Assembly: GCA_052426225.1 (NCBI GenBank)
Contig: JBNJNM010000012.1
Coordinates: forward strand, 2,232,001-2,296,000
Length of the DNA stretch: 64,000 bases
Reading direction: 5' to 3'
Origin: Zancudomyces culisetae HAW-14-8
Taxonomy: Eukaryota; Fungi; Kickxellomycota
Part shown: positions 37,684-49,918 of the stretch, piece after piece
Numbering within the stretch: the stretch's first letter is position 1
Layout of the letters: each line of letters begins with the position of its first letter
Notes under the pieces: model-generated
What the model was told of the DNA's origin: nothing
The model's database searches: none
The model's input: the letters and a program-made list of their open reading frames with translations, nothing else
Translations under genes and position numbers: made by a program

Positions 37684-39401
37684 ATGCTGGAAAAAAATGA
37701 ACAAAAAGATTAACGATGTTTCTCTGTTTGGTAATCTCTCAATGGTAATGCAATCAAAAAGTTTCAAATCCCATCTTAATTGGTTTTATACGAAAAATCG
37801 CTGTTCGAAAAGCGTAATTGAGCTCAATAAATTTATATAACATAGGTTGACCCCTTGACAGAAATATTGTATAGTAATGTTCCACCTGGAAAAAGACCAC
37901 GTCGAGGAACCCCTATGGAGGATGTAGGCAACAAAGTCATGGAAAAGACTGAAATTGAACAGCACTTGGTAAAGCCTTTTATTAAATCCACCTTGGTCAT
38001 TAACTTTTAGCTAAAACGAGAAGTGGGGGGGGGGGCAGAATAACAACAACAACAGCAAAATAATAATAATAATAATAAATTTGGTATTTTCGTATTGGTT
38101 TTTTGTTGTACTCAATAGCAAACGAACTCTTGGAGAACTTTGGCAATAGGATCACGTCTCTCGATAATTAATCTCGCTGAGAATGAAGCTGCTCAAATAT
38201 TGGAATTTTGGATACTTAGAATTGAAAGTTTGGTACAATTGAGACACTACGATCTGGCACTAAAAGAAATCGAAAATCTGTCTTTTGCCACTATGAATTC
38301 CAGCGTGTTACCAAACCAATCATGCTTTACATTAGACTATTTGAGGTTTGTGCATTTCTTTTTATTTTTGTGCATAAAATATTATAATGAACGTGTACAG
38401 CATGAACTGATGCTGATATATGTGTATATTAACCTAGCGGCGATCAACTATGGCTGTTGAAATGGCCGTTTGAGCTCCAATTGCTCTGGGCTTTGCTCCC
38501 AAACCTAACTAACCAGAAAATCGATTTATCCATTGATCGAATCTGTTTATTACTTGATATGTACGAAAAGGTAGGCATGTATATATTTGTAGTACACGGT
38601 ATGTTATAGTGATTGAGATTTTCTATAATAATTTAAATTGTATGTATTAAATAGACTCTAGAATCGGATTTCCAGGATGAACCAAGCGAGCATCATAAGC
38701 AAAAAAGTAAATTCTAATGATATTTTTGTTTTTTAAGGATGAAATATCCTATTTTTCAAAAAAGTAAAAAGAAAAAGGCTTTTAATACTCAGGCTGATGA
38801 CAACTTTTTATTGATAGGTGTACTGGAGAGCAAATGTACCCAGTTGAATATATGTTTGTCAGGATTGATGCTTAAGGAAAACAACTATATATTGGCAATT
38901 GATTTGGTAAAGGAAGAATTGGAAAAAAGACCTAACGATCCCTATCTACTTTCATATTTGGGGAGGATATGTTTAAAATCTGGGCTAGTTAAGGAGGCGA
39001 CAGCCCATTTTTTGAAGGTGGAGAAGCTTTTACCCGCTAGCGAAATTAGTCAAACCAACAATGGTCTATTGTTACTGGCGAATGATTGTTACGAACAGGC
39101 TAGAGATTGTTTTTTGAAGATCGCCAGCGAAGATTCGGACAATTATTCCGCGGTAAATAACTTTGCGCTTTGTGACTTATACTTGGGAAATGTGTCCAGA
39201 ATGCTGGAAAGTCTTCAACTTGTAATGCAGTCTATGCCATCAAATGCAGGTACAGATGAGACGCTGGTGTATAATTACTGCTCAGCCATTGATTTGGGCT
39301 GCAGTAGTGATTGGAAGACTACCCTTAAGACTCAGAAGCTGATTGACGTGGCCCAATGGGCGGGTGATAGTTTTGATATTACAGCGCTTAAGTTGAAGTA
39401 G
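37684..39401 (+). CDS. TRAPPC12: TPR protein, TRAPPC12 (TTC15)-like, multi-exon
   Basis: Spliced NSWRTLA, FWILRIESLVQLR..A.KEI and WPFELQLLWA. The TPRs include LLSYLGRICLKSG and VNNFALCDLYLG, and the C-terminus is GDSFDITALKL. Confidence 0.8.
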
Positions 39402-39604
39402 TGTTGTGTAAATTATTTGCATCAAGAATAATGACAATGTTCAGATATACCAAATTTTACACAAAAATGCAGTCCAGAACTAGTCTAAAACACGCGGTAT
39501 GAATCCTTTTTTATATTTGATATTTGTGAGCGCGTAGAATAATCAAGTTACAAAAGAAAAGCGAGGAAAGGGGTGAATATACACTTCTTATCAAAAATTG
39601 AAAT

Positions 39605-41674
39605 CTAGATAGGATTAAATACACTTTCGTTGAACAAAGAATCGAGTTGAGCAATCACATTGGGGAAGAGAGAAACATATGTGTGTTTAAATACAGTCGA
39701 TACAACCATATCGTCAGTCAAGTCGAATTCGGGAGCTCCTTTTTCGGTTAAAAAAAATAGCAGGCGCAGAGATGAAAGTAGTAGTTGGGATATATATTAA
39801 TTTGGGGTTGGTTAGAATGTAAAAAAATGGTGTAAATATGAAATGATGTTGTAAAAAATAAATAAATTTACTTTTTCCAAGTGAAAAACAACGGCATCCA
39901 AAACCGTCATCATCCACCGTTTCTCCTATGTCCTTTTCAGATTTGATCCAGTTTAACATTTTCTAAAGTCGGTAAGTTCAGAGTTGAAACTGATTAGTTT
40001 GTATCCAAGTTGGTTATTTTGGGATAAACCCCAGGCGGAATAGATCTTAGATATAAAATGTAGTTTATAGCAAGTTTAAAATCGGGAAAAGGACAAACTA
40101 ACCTTTTTCATCCATGAGATTGATAAATGGTTTAACCCATAAACTGAATGTACAGATTCCATCAGAATCGCTCCACACACTATGTCTGTAAAACCTTTTC
40201 CTGTATCAAAAGCAAATTTAGCGAGTTGTAAATTGTGAGGTTTAAATATCAGGATAGATTTCAAAGTCAAATCCATACACATGGCTAAGGTTAAGACTAA
40301 GGCCACGGCCAAAGTTAAGACTAGAGTTAAGGTTTGTGTATCGTAAAAGTGTAAACGTACCCTTTTGATCTAGCAAATCCAAAATTGAAATCCCTGAATA
40401 TCCTACTCCCAAAAATACTACATTCGATGCCTTGAATACCCTCCTATACATCGACAGGTGATATTAAATCAGTAATATGTAAAAATGCCATTAAATACGC
40501 GTAATTTACCCTATCAAGTTGTCCCAGACATAAAAAAGATGTTCTGTGGGGCCCTCACTACCTATTCACATGTTATACCTCGTAAGTATATACATATACG
40601 TCTTGCAAATACCATTAACACTAATAAATGGTATCTCATGACCATAACTGCACAGTAAAGTGGTAGAAAGCTTCTGGCCAAACGCGCATACCTGGTATTG
40701 GAACAGCATCATAGTCGTACTCGTGTAATGTCTATTAATTTTTTAATTTGGTGTCGTAGCTCACTTTTTCAAAGTAAAATAAAACTACAATAGCGGTGGT
40801 TTATGAGAATAATTATTAGGAAGCTTACAATCGAATAACCATGTTTCGAAAATTGGTTTTCATATGCATTTAAAACGATAACTCCATAGCCAATCTTCGA
40901 TAGGTGCTGAACCAGGTTAAGATAGCTGCCATTCTAAAGTATATCGTTAAGGAGTTATGCATTTTTCAATTTATGAGAACGTCAACAAAAGACAAATACT
41001 GGGAATGTATCACTACTTTTATTCCATATTTGGCAACAGACGAGGGTTCGCAAAGAAGTGGGCTTATTTTGTAGAAAGTTAGAGATAAGTTTCGAATAGT
41101 CGTAAATACAGATATAAGGCCTATTTCTCAAGGATGTTTAGGGGGGGATGGTTGACTACAATGTCTAAGAATGAAATACCTTGAATCGTCACCAGAGAAT
41201 AAAAGAACCAATCTCTCGGCCTCCATGGACCCCTCTCTATGAATTGTATTATTCATATTATAAAAAGTACAAGTATAACTATCAAGCAATACAAATCGAT
41301 TGGTCAGTAGTTTGATGTTTAAGTATTTATCATATATATGTGTGTAAGCTTAGTGTTGCAAGTGTTATTTACGTATAGTATACATTGCAGTGTGGTGTGT
41401 CAGATGGGGCGTCAATAGGAATACGTAGGGATTTGAGATTCAAATCATTGACGATTAGTGGTACCGCCTCCTTTGCAAGCGCGCTGTATACCCGTTCGGG
41501 CTCATTATCTCTTTTTTTGAAAAATAATGCATGCTCTTTTGACAAAAAATACCCCTTGTTGTCATGTTTTAGCCCATGCTGTGTTAGTGTATACCCCTGA
41601 TCGTTTAAAGATGTTGAGACAGTGTTGTATACCCCGTTATGTTTGGTTGGATTTGGAATTCTTCTTACAAACAT
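39605..41674 (-). CDS. FAM172A/ARB2A-like (Arb2 domain, alpha/beta-hydrolase fold) protein, about 10 short exons; 3' end uncertain
   Basis: Manual splicing gives SLNDQGY, YSALAK..LNLKSLRIPIDA, RLVLLFSG, GSYL..IGYGVIVLNAYEN, GSEGPTEHLFYVWDNLI, NVVFLGVGYSG, AILMESVHS and NWIKS..GCRCFSLG. These are collinear with FAM172A blocks recalled from memory (EGYGVIVLNPNEN, SPEEHAIYVWDHFI, VAHSYGG, ALTDSVH). Confidence 0.78.
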
Positions 41675-42415
41675 TCTGCTACTGTTTCTCGAATACACGA
41701 TATTCTTTGGGAACTCTTGTTATTTATGTATATGTGAATTTTATATTGTTCGATTTGAATTTTAACCCTGAAACCTGTCAAAGAATTTAGCGATATTAAC
41801 AGAAACAAAAAAACGATTTAAGTGTAACTGATTTTTGCCTATATTTAACAACCACCCAATTAAATCAATTTAGTTTAAAAAGATCAAATTTGCTCTTTAA
41901 ATTAATCGGCGAAATTCAAAAACAGAGCGGTAAAACAGAATACAAAGAAAAAAGTCACATTGAGGCATGATACTTGTGTTTACAGTCAAAACAGGATGAT
42001 TAAAATAGATATTAACGCTATCAATTGTGTTAGACGTTTTGCAGATGAGTAAGAACTTGTCGCTTTCTTATTTATAGGTCAAGTGATTGGCAGAAATACA
42101 TGCCACAATATCCTTTTGGAATATTGAAAAGAGCAAGAGGGGGAATATAGGCTAAATAGAATGAGATTAAAAAGTATGATTGTGCTCCAGTGCCAACCTA
42201 TTAAGAACAAGGTACACAACTTCTGTTTCTTAGTTACACTATGTAAAGCACCTAACGCTTGCACGATTATCCAGGTCTCTGACCAGAATTCAAATTGCAT
42301 CTAATTCATCAAGGTGTAATGTATTAAAATTTTTTAGATAGTAGCTATTATGCATGTAAAATATTGTGTGTTAAAAAATATATACCCAAAAGAAGAAAAT
42401 ATTCACGTTAAAAAA

Positions 42416-43739
42416 CTAAATGGTTCTTGAACTAACGGTTCCATCTTCGTTACCGAACCATGACTCCTTAGCCATTGAACAAAACAACCCAACTTCAATA
42501 ACACCAGGAATCATTTTAATTTCATTCTCCAACAGTGCTGGCTCAAATATTTTGCCGAACTTTACATCCATGACAAAATTTCCGTTGTCCGTTACCACGG
42601 GTCCGGCTTTTCTGACGGCTGTTCTCATACAAACCTCTGGTTTATCATTTTCAAAGATACGTTTAGCAGTATTGTCGGTGGCAGAGCAAAGCGTATTTTT
42701 TATGTTTTTCAATTTATTTGCAATTGCCAAATAAGCAAAGGGAACAACTTCAACCGGAACCCCTTGTGTCCACTAGGCGTAACCATAAATAAATAGTTAT
42801 TTTATATTAAGAAAGTTATACTGAGGCAAGAAGTGGTGGATTGTATTAGAAAACGTTACAAATTAAAACATATGAATTCAAAACTTACATTGGTTCCTAG
42901 TGTTGTTGAGTCCTTTCTGAAATCTATTTATTATATGTAAATTGCATTTACACACCACATGTTAACCGAATTCAAAACGAAATAATATTCACAGAAACTA
43001 CATGAAATACACATAAAAAAATAGCTCCATGTATTTACCAGCTATAAGAATTAACTTTTTTGACGCCATAGCCACGATTTTCTCTCTCAAATGACATGCA
43101 CCACCCCCTTTTATACAGTTTAATTGTGCATCAACCTATAAGTGTTTTCAAGACTTTTTTTAAAAAAAATCAACGCATATTAAATATACTAACACGATTA
43201 GCAACTCCTTTTTGGCAGTAAATTACAAAAACAAAGTTACCTCATCTGCGCCATCTATTGTGACATCAATAGTCTCTACCCTAATCAGACATTTAGCTTA
43301 TTTTTATATGTCACGTTTGTCTGTTTTTTTGCCGTATAAAGCTCTTAGAACATTTAAAAAATAAGGTTTAGGTTCTTTTACATAACAGCATCGAAGATCT
43401 CATTCCAAATAAAAGGATGATCCAATTGACTTACTCGTCTAAATCTGATGACCTGAGACCTGCCTCGATTATCAACTGTTTCGCTTGAAAACTTGTAGGA
43501 ACACATACTAGGTTTGGGTTCAAAAGATTTTCCTTATAAAGCTCTGCAACTCTTTCGAAAGCGTATACTACGGTGGAGCCGCTACCTACACCCAGAATTT
43601 TTATTTCGCTAGTAACATGCTTGTCAACTGCAGATCTTGCTGCAAGTCTTTTGGATGTTTCTATTAAATTTACTGAATTGGCAGTGGACATTGCTCTTAT
43701 TTTAGTTAAGTTTGATCCAAGTCTTTTTACTATATCCAT
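42416..43739 (-). CDS. RKI1: Ribose-5-phosphate isomerase A, 5 exons
   Basis: Motifs [54 protein letters not shown] and PGVIEVGLF. Confidence 0.96.
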
Positions 43740-44467
43740 ATGGATAAATAAGGATTAATATTATGTTTTCAAAAATGAAGCAATTAAATATATTACAGCC
43801 GATTTTACAGCAAAGACCGATTTTTATAAAGGATTTTTATTAGGGTGAAACAGATTACTATAGAGATTATTAAATCTAATCAAAAATTTAACTTACTATT
43901 AACCAATAATTGACTCATATGTTTTTAATCAGTCAATTTTGTTTTTTTGGCTCAACTACTTTTTTTTCTTTGAAAAGGTGTAATGAGCAAATTAGAAAAT
44001 AAAATAAAAAACTAAAAAAACACAAAATAATAAAAAATAAAACAAGTCGCAGAAAAAACACTACAAAAAACTTACGGATGAACGGTCAAGTCTTAGGCAT
44101 AGCCACTGGTAATGGCGTTTTTTTGGCTTGGCAAAATATGCAAAATCAAATCAGTAAAAACATACCATTGAGTTACTGTACTAAATTCAACGCCTACGCT
44201 CTGGCAAGATCCTATGTTTAACACTACAACATTGACACCATTTGAATTTTATGCAGCGTTTATTTGTACTCCACGTTGAAAAAAAAAATAGCCAAAAATA
44301 AAACATCGGGAAAATAACAGACAAATGTGTATAAAAGACGCTGAAAAAAAACATCCAAAACCTAGGAATACAACAATAAAAAGACATAAACACACTAAAT
44401 TTGCACTAAACAAATATCAGGGTCATCTATAAATAAAAGTACACCCTACAGTACAGAGGGGATCTGG

Positions 44468-44971
44468 TCAAATATGAACATCAGCTTCTAAAGAACCCTT
44501 GTTAAACTCTCCATCTTCAAAATCGATTTCAAAACATTGAGAATCTGAGGTTTTGTGTTGCTTCTGTGTCATCTGCCCAGAAAATAAGTCAGAGCTGGTG
44601 CCAGGTGATATGGAGAGTAAGTTCCCCTTATGCAAAAAAATCGATGTTAGGGGACAGTCAGGATCCAAAAGCTCTGAGGGCATGCCTTCCGGAGAATCAT
44701 TTTCGACAGACATTGAATTCCCTCTTGCCCTTTCGACCTGTTTGAGCACATTGTTGGAAGGTATATATAAAATTTGGGAATTCTCTACACTAAAAGCCAC
44801 CCTGCGGTCTTTATTCTTTGGAGAAATATCAATTCCTCTTTTGGGTAGCGAGCCGCCATAGCCGATTCCATCTGCACTTTGAAGAAAATCACGTGAGCTT
44901 TGAGTTACACAATCCTCGACTTCTCTGCTAGCTTTTCTCTTAAATGGTATAGCTTTGGTTTTTTTTGTCAT
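44468..44971 (-). CDS. Hypothetical 167-aa protein with a PP1-docking-like RVxF motif
   Basis: Intronless ATG-started ORF with coding-like GC inside AT-rich DNA; contains KDRRVAFS. No family recognised. Confidence 0.55.
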   Translation of the reverse strand: MTKKTKAIPFKRKASREVEDCVTQSSRDFLQSADGIGYGGSLPKRGIDISPKNKDRRVAFSVENSQILYIPSNNVLKQVERARGNSMSVENDSPEGMPSELLDPDCPLTSIFLHKGNLLSISPGTSSDLFSGQMTQKQHKTSDSQCFEIDFEDGEFNKGSLEADVHI

Positions 44972-46064
44972 CGTTTTATGAAAAGAAGTTTACTTTATTT
45001 TTTTCCCTCTGTTCATTATCATTAGAGGAGTTTCCCCCCTTTTATACCAAATGCAAAATATGCGCTTAATTAATTTTCCATGCCATTCCATAAGGGGCTA
45101 TTTGCCTGACCTATGTGTAATAAACAATTCAGTAGTTTCATCGAAACAAAGATCATCTATTGGCAAATCAAACGATTTTTTGAATGCAAGAATTAATTTT
45201 TGGAGAATGTTTTTGTGATGTTTTAATTTCATAAATCAATGGATAAAAACTGAACTAGGTGCTATTGGTTGGCTGGATTTATAGGCAAATAACAATTGGT
45301 AGGGATTGGAGGGTTGATTCCGAGTTTTTCTTGTTATACAGTTGTTGGGCTTTTGTGGTGTATTTCCAAGTAAGTGCGATTTTCAGCTAAATAGGGATTG
45401 AAATGCCTTAAACTAATGTAAACAACAAAAATTGAAAACCAAAAAAATGGTAAAAAGGACATGAGGGAGGAGGGACAAGGCGAATGACAAAATTCAATAG
45501 AAATGGTGAGATAAATATAGTAGCAATACAGAAACATTGCACACAGTGATTATAACACGATGAGTCTAAATTCTTGATGTGATTTGAACTCATCGAGTGC
45601 CTATAAGAAGGGATGAGCTGATGAGTGAATCTACCAGATAATAATATGTGCAAATACTGAAGGTTCAGAAGAGTATAATGCAGCTCTCATAAAATCGAAC
45701 TTATAAAAGAGTCTTAGATGTACTGATGACTAATTAATAAAAAATGTTGAGACAAAATCTAAATATAAACCGAATGATTAGTTAATAAATAATTAATTGT
45801 AATATTAGAAATATAATAGTAAATGAATTGGTAGTTTGTAAAAAGTATTGGAGGTGAGCAAGAAAGAACGGCAAAATAAATCCAAGTACCCAAAACTAAA
45901 TAAATAAAGATATTAAAACGAGATACTCTAAGATATCCCCAATACAAAAGTATACGAGTTGAAAATTGTATTTGTGGAAAAGTTAGGAGGGGATAAATAT
46001 ATTGGTAAATTCAGGAAATAGAAATATCATCAAAAAGATAAGAATCATTAAAAAATATAATCGT

Positions 46065-46234
46065 AAAAATATAATAATCATAAAGGTATAATAATCATAA
46101 AGGTATAATAATCATAAAAGTATAATAATCATAAAGGTATAATAATCATAAAAGTATAATAATCATAAAGGTATAATAATCATAAAAGTATAATAATCAT
46201 AAAAGTATAATAATCATAAAAGTATAATAATCAT
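46065..46234. repeat. Minisatellite, 10 copies of 17-bp AAARGTATAATAATCAT
   Basis: Tandem units differ mainly at one A/G position. The first unit is a variant, and degenerate copies extend to the left. Confidence 0.95.
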
Positions 46235-46305
46235 AAAAAAAGCCAAACAATTAATAAAATAGTAAAAGTAAGACATTATATACAGTTAACTTTTTTAAAA
46301 AATAT

Positions 46306-46387
46306 GTCGGTGTGTCCGAGTGGTTAAGGAGACAGACTAGAAATCTGTTGGGCTCTGCCCGCACAGGTTCAAATCCTGTCGCCGACG
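46306..46387 (+). tRNA. tRNA-Ser (anticodon AGA), intronless, long variable arm
   Basis: Acceptor stem GTCGGTG/CGCCGAC, D-arm GTCCGAGTGGTTAAGGAG, anticodon arm ACAGA-CTAGAAA-TCTGT, variable arm GGGC-TCT-GCCC, T-arm with GGTTCAAATCC, G73 discriminator and a downstream T5 terminator. Confidence 0.97.
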
Positions 46388-47003
46388 AATCTTTTTGTCT
46401 TTCATTTTTTATATTTGAGATATCATGTATTGTAGTATGAAAAATAAACCCTTTTTGTTAACAGATCAAGCACACATCTGGGCAAGGCACAGTTGCTACG
46501 AAAGCGCTATTGTAAATGATTGTGATAAAAACTCTTATTTGCAAAGTTGAAAAATGCATATCTTTAATAATATAAACGGGTGCAGATATGAAAAAGTATA
46601 TAATTTTGTTTTTGTAGAAAAAAGTATAATTCATACAGCACAAAAATAGTAGTGTAAAGTGAATATTCATCATCATACTGATAATCGTAATGATAATGAT
46701 AATGGTAATGTTAATATAATTTTGTGGCAAACAGTACTTCACGGGAAACAAAATTAGTTAAGCGACCTGTGAACCTTAGTTGATAAACAAAACTAGTGAT
46801 TATAGTATCCCCAACTATAGTCTTAATCGAAACTTATATCAAACTGAATATAACAATTAAAAAATACTACAGTAGAACCAATCAAGATATATTACTGATC
46901 TTTGCGGAAATATTTTTTTTAAAAAAAGCCGGAAAAAGGGGGGTTAGGAACACAAGTATATGCGAGCAAAAAGCAAAAACCAAAGCAAAAAAAAATGTTG
47001 TAG

Positions 47004-48687
47004 TTACATATGAAATCCTCCAAATGTAGGCCTATTAACACCAACAGCCATTCTCATAGTAGACATCATTGCAGCAAGTGATGGGTTGGAGTGTGTAGAA
47101 ATAACATTTGCGACCGAAGTAAAGCTTCCAGAACCTGTGGATGTGGTTTGAGGTTTAAGTGCATCACAGAATAAATCGTGAACACGAAGTGTTCTCTTTC
47201 GCTTTTTCAGATTGACAAACGGCTTTTCGTAAATGGGTTTAGGCTGGTAGCTGGCAACGCTTTCCAAGATTTTCTCTGCCTCTGCTTCGCTATCCTGTTC
47301 GTCACTGTCAGAAACATCTTCCAATAGGGAGTTGTAAAGTAAGGATCCGTGTTCTCCTAATGCCATTGCTGTTGCTCGTCGGGCGGCGTTGGTTTGATCG
47401 TGTAACCGGGCATGTTTTGCAGCTATTTTTTTGTTGGTTTTTTTTAAAAAAAAAGCAGAGAAGGTTAGATGGTGACAATATTTTTCGTATAATATACGCC
47501 AGTATGTAAAAAAAAAATAAGAAAAGGAGCTGAATTGCAACTGTGTATTCAAACGTACTTCTAGTTTTGGCCAAATGTGCTTGTAAAAGGGTATCAAACG
47601 GTTGCGACCTTCCTCGCACTGCCCTTTTTAGCGCCATTGCGTGCGCTTTACATGTGAGGCTGCGAGTACAGGGGTTGTTATTAGGTGGAACAATCACACC
47701 ACATTGTTTATCTAAATCAAATTCAGCTGATTTAGAGCGAGATCCAATACCGGTTGTACCTGATGAACCGGTTTTGCCGCCAGCTGCTCCTGCGGCCTTT
47801 TTTTTCTTCGATTCTTTTTCACCAGCAAGTGCCTTTTTCTCTGCCTTGGTTTTCGTTTTGCGCTTAGTACCTGATGGTTTTGTTTTATCACCAAATGCAA
47901 ATAGAGTGCTTGCTGAATCATCATCGTTGTCTTCGAGTTCAAAATCTATTGCTTCCGAGTTGTCCCTCTTCCTTTTATATCCATCAGACTTATCTTTGTT
48001 TTTAATAGCCAATGCCTTTCGCTCGTCTTTTTTCGGTGTTGACAACATACAATCAAGTTCTAACATATAGAGAATTTGGTATTATAAACTCCTCATTTTT
48101 TTTATTTTCATAGTTTGGTTTGGTATGATAGAGTAAAATGCATTAAAATGGCATGTAAAATACTAAATAAAAAAAAGGAAAAGTAGTAGAAAAAAAATAA
48201 AACTGACGATTTACCTTGATGGGTTTTCAGGAATGGTGTATTTACAGTCTTTCCGCAAGAATCACAAACAATCAGAAACGGAAATTGTTCTAATGGATTG
48301 ACGCCAAATTGTCGAAGATCATCAAGATTTAGCCGTTTGGCTACAGGATCCTTCCGTATCCCCTTTCCTTTTGTAGATGACCAGTTTTTCTTGCTCTGGT
48401 ACTTGTCCTCTGTATTCAGGAAATAGTTGGAAATTTAGCAACATAAAAACATGTACTTGTAAAAAATAAACCATAGGTAATATAGTGACTATACCTTCAT
48501 TAACAGCTTTTTTTAACGTGTCCCAGGATAGCTGTGGAACGGTACCGATTTTAATGTTACTTTTCACAACAGGCAGCCAGTCTTCTTCATTTCCGTAAAT
48601 TAAACAAGATGATAGTAGCCCATTGTTATAGACGTGAGGTTTAGCGTCTGTTTGTCTGTTGCATCCTAACTTTAGCCCCACCAGGGT
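47004..48687 (-). CDS. SGF73: SAGA DUB-module subunit Sgf73/Ataxin-7 (SCA7 domain); 5' exons upstream of 48687 unresolved (possible ATG at about 48956)
   Basis: SCA7 domain FDLDKQCGV...PCTRSLTCKAHAMALKRAVRGRSQPFDTLL. The spliced N-terminal zinc finger reads FGVNPL..IVCDSCGK..HQELDC. Confidence 0.88.
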
Positions 48688-49918
48688 CTGAATTTCTATC
48701 AGAATTTTGGTATTTTTAATTTTTAAACAAAGAATGATGAATATACTGTTGAAAATAACAGTTGGCTGTAAATGGTATAATAAGGATTTAAGCTATCTCC
48801 AGCTGGATAGAGACTTGGATGTTTGAAACTATCCTAAAACCTAGAGAGTAACTATATGCAAACGGGTTATAACATGAAAAATAATGAAAAACCTTTTTCC
48901 AGCGTCGAAATTTCCGCTAGTTTGTCAAGCAGACGTTTCCGGTCGTTGCTGTTCATCCCATCTACTAGCAAGCCTGACGATTGATTGTAAGTCTTTACAT
49001 TATTTGCTAATGTATTAATGGTGCATAATTTTTTTCGTTATTTGTGTTGAAATGAGTAGACATCTCTTATTGTGTGTTATTTAAAATCAGAACTACAAAT
49101 TCCAAGGATTAGTCCCTAGAAAATCTACTAAGAGAAAAAGAAAATGTGAGATCTTACTAGGCTTGCCTCTGCTGCTCATTTTTGACGTTGTAATTTAGAA
49201 ATTTTAGCGAATTAAATATTTTATTCTGGGAACCAAATTCAGATTTTGAATATACCTACTATATACTTGTGCAAATTGTAAATACATTTCAATATTGTTC
49301 ATTTGGATAGCTGCTAATTTATTATTCGCACATGAAAAAAGTTATAAATGAATTCAAATTATTTGCCACGTACTAAAATTTTGATTTTACTTTACAATAA
49401 TGGGAAATTGCCACAATAATTGGGGGGAACAAGGAAGAGAAAGGGAGGGATGAGTGAGGGATGAGTAAATGGAAAGGATGGGGGGAGGAGGGAGATTTTA
49501 TGTGATGTAAACAAATACTTGCAAATCATAAACTTTCAGTTATGAACGAACTGCAGGAAAACATCAAGGTAATCAATCCGTATGCTAAGAAACCAGATCC
49601 ACTTTTCTTGATAGATATTATACACTCAAAGTGATTATTACATATTTTTTACAACACGTAAGGATTCCCTTGCTCTGTCCCTTCATCAATACTATCTCCT
49701 TTGAAACAGTATTTGTCAATATATCAGTCAAACTCCAGAACGCAACCCTCAGTGAAACTTATGTAATAGCAGAAATATATAGTCTCGAATTGACATGGAT
49801 TCCAATATTAAAAATTAGAAATCACAAACTGCAAACTGCAAACTGTAGATTATAAATTGTAAACTGCAAATCAAATTAGGGAAAATATTAATAAAACATA
49901 TAGGATGCTATAAACAAA

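Noticed and set aside
39739-39877. Possible GA-AG intron in the FAM172 gene, which would give a gap-free SLGAPEFDLT alignment
   Set aside because: A canonical GT donor 6 nt away keeps the frame and adds only two residues, so a non-canonical site is not required.
41064-41179. Apparent microexon with a non-AG acceptor in the FAM172 gene
   Set aside because: It resolves as one ordinary GT..CTAAC..AAG intron giving SPLLCEPSSVAKYGIK.
45403-45430. ATGCCTTAAACTAATG resembles the 5' end of U12 snRNA
   Set aside because: The essential AGTAAGGA branch-point-pairing sequence does not follow and no snRNA-like structure is visible. A chance match in AT-rich DNA is likely.
46065-46234. Possible CRISPR-like array
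   Set aside because: The units are contiguous with no unique spacers, the context is eukaryotic, and there are no cas genes.
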